This document shows, piece after piece, positions 34,701-40,100 of a stretch of DNA of 45,276 bases. This DNA is from an uncultured Candidatus Woesearchaeota archaeon (GTDB taxonomy: Archaea; Nanobdellota; Nanobdellia; Woesearchaeales; 21-14-0-10-32-9), in the NCBI GenBank assembly GCA_903891505.1, contig CAITEO010000002.1, forward strand, positions 1-45,276. The letters run 5' to 3'. The notes beneath the pieces are model-generated. The model was not told the DNA's origin. It ran no database searches and saw nothing but the letters and a program-made list of their open reading frames with translations. The position numbers and the translations under genes are program-made. How positions within the stretch are numbered: the stretch's first letter is position 1; each line of letters opens with the position of its first letter.

Positions 34701-34892
34701 ATAATTATTAACTGCATTCGAGGCGTCCTGCTGGAGTTTAATTTTTGTAATAGTTGATATTCCGCTCATTGCGATAATTACGACCACTAGAATTACTATT
34801 CCTAGAATTACGAAGACAGTAACTTGCCCTTTAGGAGTTACTTTGCACTTCATCTTTCTATTTTTTCTCAATTTTTTGGCGCCAATAGACAT
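31731..34892 (-). CDS. 1053-aa protein with class III (KGQ) signal, PKD-like modules and Cys-rich C-terminus; first gene of the cluster
   Basis: N-terminus KVTPKGQ-VTVFVILGIVILVVVIIAM. PKD-like strings YGPHNVTLTVKDESGLFDYQVVKILV and VGIHNVTLVVESN are present, and the C-terminal ~300 aa are Cys/Gly-rich. Confidence 0.8.
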   Translation of the reverse strand: MSIGAKKLRKNRKMKCKVTPKGQVTVFVILGIVILVVVIIAMSGISTITKIKLQQDASNAVNNYLASESINYYVYTCMDAAVTSSIDDLSLQGGTFYTYQGGPNNISRPNTIGTIYIPYSLNFTSTNGSVRTLRFNVSYSVLNNSYCNIVNLNVPEYPNKSNQYISELYPLYENTGSCLLNFNEGYRLSGFAGYNNMSRLCYMGSENTKPIGTPGSTSLMFSPCIPNNNMMNVISANAKNQSVEYLLQSQISKRLKNCVDFSIFENAQGDNITILNDPVTKVILTTEGISVESIYNFTVSIKNKQPVLVKHLFKYDSKLRIVRMHNYVMALLKADSKDFLFNLSKDYASYANHLELGGEISDYYDPEHMSVQVVGFENDSTCTWPLCQYKYDHLLIVKDNASLIGNRSLTYITALKNRIPALDFIHQTDAPNYYDIIASNNQTIVIDPWGYDPDDQNVWYIYNGWKEDYDDNCTLPSINGNTGQNILCKQIVMSPALAPHNWSNSGMFLQTHRMANYTTNVSDYGPHNVTLTVKDESGLFDYQVVKILVFDLPVANISKIKIYNDIPENIASVEDMLPLDGSASRGSIIMGGSITNYIWTIFWWNAAIPDWQSVFYNKSSNPLITIPTEFSTIITDKNILIQKIKPLNLSNVGIHNVTLVVESNIPLTNQPVYSVPVGVGVNVTECVPHHNTTLIYPYNAVTTDPFTANHTCCTGTTGSLLDQATVFKRKTTFDICYMTSLYGELEKLRTQSTNPTLTKISELANYQYTFSLTQSPPPGVFPTGGKYNDVYNLTFDRNCDGNRGNICAGPMFATYTVLWPCTAKGTLNEACTGPDQITNIAPAGCTKYGFGTTFEKTFNPSTGTGICNTARTCSTPGVGGYGASTGKAYCQGTCDGSGVCAGAWNCLCSKSACGAAQCDAAYSFEWAVGSTMCKSNCNLNPTLSNMCSFGSSNQIYCTPPSNNYQGTVGCLSGEYCRISHCDANGGGALQGDKCVKGETFPGTGAQAGKTCCIYWPSQIPPSPLCTSAGICNFNKDCRANVTGLSCNPSSGWT

Positions 34893-34931
34893 TCCTAACC
34901 CTTCCCTCTTTTGATTCTCCCGTTTAACAGG

Positions 34932-34955
34932 AACTGCGCGTTGCAGTTATATAAA
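34932..34955 (-). promoter_or_regulatory. cluster promoter: TATA box (TTTATATA, 34948-34955) abutting a 6-5-6 palindrome AACTGC-N5-GCAGTT (34932-34948)
   Basis: The TATA lies about 59 nt upstream of the ATG at 34892, and the leader contains AGAGGGAAGGG. The palindrome occupies the TATA-to-TSS interval, a classic archaeal repressor position. The region is divergent from the CYTH gene promoter. Confidence 0.45.
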
Positions 34956-35001
34956 TTTTGCGAAGAAAACGAGGAGGGTTCTGCAGTAATATGCAAAAAT
35001 A

Positions 35002-35009
35002 TTTATTAA
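35002..35009 (+). promoter_or_regulatory. TATA box (TTTATTAA) for the leaderless CYTH gene
   Basis: The box centre is 26.5 nt upstream of the ATG at 35032. Confidence 0.5.
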
Positions 35010-35031
35010 AACACTTAATTCTTCTAATAAC

Positions 35032-35577
35032 ATGGAAGAAATTGAAGTAGATATTTTGGAGATAGATGTTGAAGAAATTACTTCTAAACTTAAAAGTCTA
35101 GGCGCAAAGAAATCATTCGAAGGCCGTATTGATAGCCTGTACTTTGATTTCAACAATAAATCACTCGATAAAAACCACGAACTGCTGCGCCTTAGAAAAA
35201 AAGGACATGAGTGCACGCTCACTTTGAAGAAGAAAACAAAAGTAAAGAATGATTCTATGGAAGATTGTGAAGAAGAATACGATGTAACTATTGAAAACTT
35301 TGAGAAAGCAAGACTCCTCCTTGAGCAGCTTGGCCTCATAGAATGCCAGACTGATTCTCGTGATAGAATATGCTACAAATTAAAGAACTCAGCTGTAAAC
35401 ATAAATATATATGATAATATTCCTCCTTTCCTTGAAGTAAAGTCAGAGAATGAGCTTGAATTGAAAGAAATCCTAAAAGCGCTCGGGTTCTCTCTTTCAA
35501 ATGTTAAGTGCACATGCGAAAAGGACGTTGTTGCGCACTACGCGCACATCTTTCCAACAACAACGAGGATGCCGTAG
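35032..35577 (+). CDS. CYTH-domain protein (CyaB/thiamine-triphosphatase-like)
   Basis: The pattern EIEVDIL...LRLRKKGHECTLTLKKK...EEEYDVTIENFEKARLLLEQLGL...ICYKL...VNINIYDNIPPFLEVKS fits archaeal CYTH proteins. The signature ExExK reads ExExD here. Confidence 0.7.
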   Translation: MEEIEVDILEIDVEEITSKLKSLGAKKSFEGRIDSLYFDFNNKSLDKNHELLRLRKKGHECTLTLKKKTKVKNDSMEDCEEEYDVTIENFEKARLLLEQLGLIECQTDSRDRICYKLKNSAVNINIYDNIPPFLEVKSENELELKEILKALGFSLSNVKCTCEKDVVAHYAHIFPTTTRMP

Positions 35578-35578
35578 A

Positions 35579-35618
35579 ACAAACTAGAATTTACAAATAC
35601 AAACTAGAATTTACAAAT
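35579..35618. repeat. perfect 20-nt tandem direct repeat x2 (ACAAACTAGAATTTACAAAT)
   Basis: The copies at 35579-35598 and 35599-35618 are identical. They lie in the convergent intergenic region between the CYTH gene and the small Cys-rich gene. Confidence 0.95.
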
Positions 35619-35651
35619 TTCTTATAGAGCAAACTTTAACATTGTCTTTGC

Positions 35652-35861
35652 TCAGTTTGGAGTGCAGACTTTTTGAGGGATACACATGTTGTTGCAGCCT
35701 TTGAATTCTGGGTGTGTTCCGCCAAGACATATAACTCCTGTATCGAGGCATTTGCCATTCTGGCAACATTCGCCCTTCTTTGCTCTGCACGAGTTGCACC
35801 CAGCAACTAACAGCGAAAACACGAGTAGCATAATTAATAGAACAATAATGATTTTCTTCAT
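35652..35861 (-). CDS. small secreted Cys-rich protein with lipobox-like signal
   Basis: MKKIIIVLLIMLLVFSLLVAG|C, then 10 further Cys in 48 aa (CNSCRAKKGECCQNGKCLDTGVICLGG...CNNMCIPQKVC). Confidence 0.55.
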   Translation of the reverse strand: MKKIIIVLLIMLLVFSLLVAGCNSCRAKKGECCQNGKCLDTGVICLGGTHPEFKGCNNMCIPQKVCTPN

Positions 35862-35882
35862 AATCTACTCCCTATGATTTGT

Positions 35883-35890
35883 ACTATAAA
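35883..35890 (-). promoter_or_regulatory. TATA-like box (TTTATAGT on minus strand) for the small Cys-rich gene
   Basis: The box centre is 25.5 nt upstream of the ATG at 35861. Two copies of TACTTTTTCTAA(G/C)AAC (35891-35907, 35928-35944) lie just upstream of it. Confidence 0.4.
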
Positions 35891-35973
35891 TACTTTTTCT
35901 AAGAACGGTTGTGCATTTCTGCTAATTACTTTTTCTAACAACTTGCTCTAATAATTAAATTTTCTACTCTGTC

Positions 35974-36030
35974 CTGCCTTTCTGTGCTAAGCGCAGCACT
36001 CGCCGACCAAAGGTCGGTCAGATTAGGCAG
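35974..36030. other. GC-rich three-helix inverted-repeat island in an AT-rich spacer; candidate structured RNA or terminator
   Basis: The outer stem is CTGCCT (35974-79) with AGGCAG (36025-30). Hairpin A is GTGCT-aagcgc-AGCAC (35984-99). Hairpin B is CCGACC-aaa-GGTCGG (36003-17). Confidence 0.35.
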
Positions 36031-36134
36031 AGCAAATATAATAAAAATAACACAAGAATATAAAAATATGATAAAAATAAGTATAAGAATAAAAGAATAC
36101 TAAACGTAACTAGAATAAAAAATAATACAAAATC

Positions 36135-36995
36135 TTACTTCAAAACCAAACCTGCGAAGCTAACAAAGTTCTTGAAGTCGTCATCAAGCTCTGCTGTTGT
36201 GTAGTATTGTTCGAGTGTGACCTTCTTTGGCTTCATTAGTACAAGTGCAAATGCTATGCCAACGTAGTTCTCCATGTTCATCACGTGCTCATCGACGTAT
36301 TTCAGGAAGTCAACTGGCTTGTCTTCCTGTATCAAATCCATAGCTCCCTTGTCTAGTTCGTAAACTTTCTTATGAGGATCCTGGCTGAATGGAACATAAT
36401 TGTGGTTTGGTCCATACTTTGTGAAGTTTGTTGGAACTATTATTACTGCATTCTTTCCAAGCTCTAGTAAGGATTCCTTTACATCAACAGCTAGTTGCTT
36501 CATAGGAACATCATTGCTAAGCAGAATTGGAAGTATCTTAAGTGCTTCAGGGTTGTTTCCTTTGAATATGAATTGCAGCATTGGCAGCTGGGATTCTATC
36601 TGCTCATCCTCATCAAACAGCTCGTTGTTCTCTGAGATTGTTCCCTTAGAAATGAGTGCTCGCCCAAGTGCCTGATCAACACGTACAAGACCGTATGGTG
36701 TTTCCCAGGATTCAAGTGTGATTCCTGAAGTTGTTTTTGATTGTCCTACGACAATTACCACGTCAGGTATTTCTGATTCTGCAAGTGCCTTGTACGCCCA
36801 TGCAGCGCAGTAACCTGCTTTGTCATAAGAATACATTGGCGCTATTATTCCTTTGATTATATCTTCTTTTTTCCCGCTGAACTTGATAGGTAACTCTCCA
36901 GGTCCTTTTTTGCCCGTGAATGCCTCATTGATCTGCTTGTCAAGCAGCATTGAAACTCCATGATAATATATTCCAGAAAGTTTTGCTTTTCTCAT
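36135..36995 (-). CDS. Memo-like / AmmeMemoRadiSam system protein B family protein
   Basis: The N-terminus RKAKLSGIYYHGVSMLLDKQINEAF, together with GIIAPMYSYDKAGYCAAWAYKAL and the overall ~285-aa length, fits the Memo/UPF0103 family. The usual PHAGY His reads M here. Confidence 0.7.
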   Translation of the reverse strand: MRKAKLSGIYYHGVSMLLDKQINEAFTGKKGPGELPIKFSGKKEDIIKGIIAPMYSYDKAGYCAAWAYKALAESEIPDVVIVVGQSKTTSGITLESWETPYGLVRVDQALGRALISKGTISENNELFDEDEQIESQLPMLQFIFKGNNPEALKILPILLSNDVPMKQLAVDVKESLLELGKNAVIIVPTNFTKYGPNHNYVPFSQDPHKKVYELDKGAMDLIQEDKPVDFLKYVDEHVMNMENYVGIAFALVLMKPKKVTLEQYYTTAELDDDFKNFVSFAGLVLK

Positions 36996-37017
36996 GCAAC
37001 TAGAATGTACCTTGAGG

Positions 37018-37025
37018 TTTATAAA
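37018..37025 (-). promoter_or_regulatory. TATA box (palindromic TTTATAAA) for the leaderless Memo-like gene
   Basis: The box centre is 26.5 nt upstream of the ATG at 36995. Confidence 0.5.
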
Positions 37026-37166
37026 TTTTTGGGCAAAAGAAGTCTAGTTATGAACTGATAATACTACTAAATACTAAAAAACATTACAAGCTAAACCTTG
37101 CAAGCTAAATATTGAATCTATTATATATTTGAAGTTAAGAATATTTTATGAGACTATTTTAAGAAT

Positions 37167-40100
37167 TTAATTATGAACGCAAGCCCCATTACTGCAAACA
37201 GAATTGCCTAAAGATGAACAATTTATTTCTTTTGAAGCCCATTCATCTGAATCAGTGCAATAACACTCTCTCAACTTATTATTATTTTGATAAGTCAAAC
37301 ACGTATCAGTGCATACTACTTCCGCATTCACGCTAACATTGCCTGGTACAAATTGCTGATATTGCGAACCGCCATCGCTATCCACACAATTTTTAGGTGG
37401 TGGTAGTGGAGGTAAAACACATGCCCCTGCACTGCAAATATAACTAGTGTTAATTGATTTGCAGGATTTCTCGACAAAAGCAGACTCGTTAGTAGTTGTA
37501 TTACAATAATACTCCAAAACAGTTATACTATCTGCTGTACAATTATCAATGTAGCTAGTAAGACCATTCACATTAACAATGCCTTTCACTGTATAATTCA
37601 AGCCGCCATCACTATCAACACAGAAGTTATTCTGAGTAAATGTAGGAGGGAATGATATGCTGTTCCCATTAGGATTAACCCTTAGTATTGCAGTTATTAA
37701 TCTCCAATCTATATCTTTTCCGGGAACACCCGTAACAAATATTGTTTTGTTCGTTCCATTAGCTATGTATGTTGCGGATACTAAAGAATTATAGTTAGCC
37801 TCTATTGCATCCCGAAGTATTCTAACATCAGTGCTTAGATTGACATAATCTACTCTTATTGATGTGTATCCTATCTCTTCCATCGCGCCGACAATCATCC
37901 TGTTATCCTGAACTGAAAGGTACAAGTCCTTAGTATTTCTAAGTTCAAAATCCGAGAGTTTCATCTTGTTTTGCGAATTTATTGGACTAAACAAGTTACT
38001 GAAGAACTTCTTAAGTTCTGCCCAGAAATCCTTAAAGAATTGAACAAATCCAGAACCTTGTGTTCTGCCTACGCCCACAACTTCCTCTAGTTTTTGATTC
38101 CCTGATATTAATATAATATTCAAAGGCTTGTCATAGTATAAATAAATCTTATTTGATGTATCTGAAGACTTATCACTGCACTTCGTAAAGAATGAATCTG
38201 GCGTCACATCAGGGAGCACTGTGCTGCAATCATAGTCTTGGGCTTCAAGTAATTTGATGTTGTTTAAAACACCAGTTCCAGCACTTCCTTTATAGTCATC
38301 GAATGGAAGAGTTATATCTGTTACTTCAAGTCCTATAACTACAAATCCATCCTTGTTCCACTGCTTATTAGATCCGAAATTAGAATTAATATCCCCTAAC
38401 TTGTTATCTCCAACTTTTAATACACAAATATTATTCGTCATGTTAAATTGCGCATCATATTCACCAAATGGCAAAACATTGCTTAATGTTGTATAATTCC
38501 CACACATTAACGTGTACTCATTCTTGTTGAAAAGTTTTTTACTTTCAACTTCACCTATCTTCCTCAAAGTTGCAGCAAGTGGCTTTACTCTGTTAATATC
38601 TGCAAGTTTAACCCAACCCTCGCCATCAGTTTCACAGAACCAATGACCTTTAATTGTATATGGCAAGGCAACATTCTGTTGTGTAATTACATTATCGAAC
38701 GTTACCCCTGTTTTAACTACGCCATTATACGACTCGTTGTACTTTGTATAATTGCCAATCGCTCTATCGCAAGACCAAAGCGCATTGCCATAGTAAAGAA
38801 GAGAAAGTTCATCTTTTATTTTATCCTCTGATGCATTAACATAAAATGATTTATAGTCGCCAAGAGCATCTGCAACAGTTTGATCATCTAATACAGTAGT
38901 TCCCTTCCAGCAAGCACCAATGGTATCTTTCCAATACTCGCCATGCTGACCTACACTTGTATCATCACCGCAGCACAAATTACCCGTCCAACCAAAACTT
39001 ATGACTCCATTGCATGCATCCTTGTACGGACCAACATCCACTATTGATGGCGACTTACCTATGAACCCATTATTACCTGTAGGACCATCAAGATTCTTCA
39101 CCCATTTCCCCCAATCACCAGAGCAGAACTCATTCACAGAATCACCAGATGCACTCGTATCTTTAGGTCTTAAGAAGAAATTATCTAAAGCAACATTAAC
39201 AGATGATGTTTTGATATCTACATAATCGCCACTAGGGTCTCTTCCCTTGCCTATTGTTATATTTATTGCAGCAATATTATTTTTATCGAGTGTTCCAGAA
39301 CAAGTTATTGAATTATCTAATGGTATTGTTACATGCTGCCATCTTAAAGGTCCTTTCTTAACAGCAATATTATCTAACAAGTCGTATTTGCATTCAGTTC
39401 CATTAGAATCTACAATAGAAACAGTATCATTTGTTACCACATTATACATTATGTCAAACTCAAGATAACTAAATCTTGACCAATTAAGTGTATATGCCTC
39501 ATAACTATAGAACCACAAAAACGCACCACCATTTGAACTAAAACTTATTACATCTCCTGTGTTCTTATTATAATCTGTCTTGACCTGCCTCTGCAGAATT
39601 TTCTCTCCTGTTATTGCATCTGTAACCAAATCATCAAAACTCATCAGACTGTGAATGGGAACCCCTTTCATTGAAAACACTTTCATTTGAGGAAGACCTA
39701 TTCCATTAAGTGCATTGAGTTTATTATTACAATTATCAGCACCACAGCACTCTTGTATGTGTGATCTTCCATCTTGTGCATAGCACACATAGGATTCATT
39801 CGGATTCAACAACACATTTGTAGGATCCATCCACTGACCATCAACACAACAATCGTTATTTGTGCCTAGAGTTATACCTGTGCAAACACAATTGCCATTA
39901 GAGCTAACCCCACATATTGGAGCAGAAGATTTCATAGTCCCACCTAATGCAGTACAATCCTGCTGGCCATTATATCCTGCGCAATAAGCAGCCTGACCTA
40001 AACAACAGTAGCTCGGAGAAGCTAAAGATGCTTCTCTTGAATAAACAAGAGCTCCATTCTTACAGTACTCTGTTCCTTTTGCACAAAGTTTCATACCATT

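Noticed and set aside
9241-34892. Reading the cluster as an archaellum operon, or as a bacterial type IV pilus or type II secretion pseudopilin locus.
   Set aside because: There are no archaellin-like conserved N-domains and no FlaC-J/ArlC-J genes. The bacterial G|FTLIE methylation motif and the GspD/E/F or PilB/C/Q genes are also absent. The flanking markers (RPA, proteasome, Rpp30, TATA promoters) are archaeal.
34947-35339. A 130-aa minus-strand ORF overlapping the cluster promoter and the CYTH gene.
   Set aside because: The plus-strand CYTH reading has a family-level pattern and a TATA box at the canonical offset. The minus-strand ORF is S/F-rich and would start inside the promoter.
36108-37006. 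The Memo-like gene flanked by direct AACTAGAAT 9-mers, read as target-site duplications of a mobile cassette.
   Set aside because: There are no terminal inverted repeats and no transposase or integrase. One copy sits inside a functional-looking promoter. It is kept only as a low-interest motif observation.
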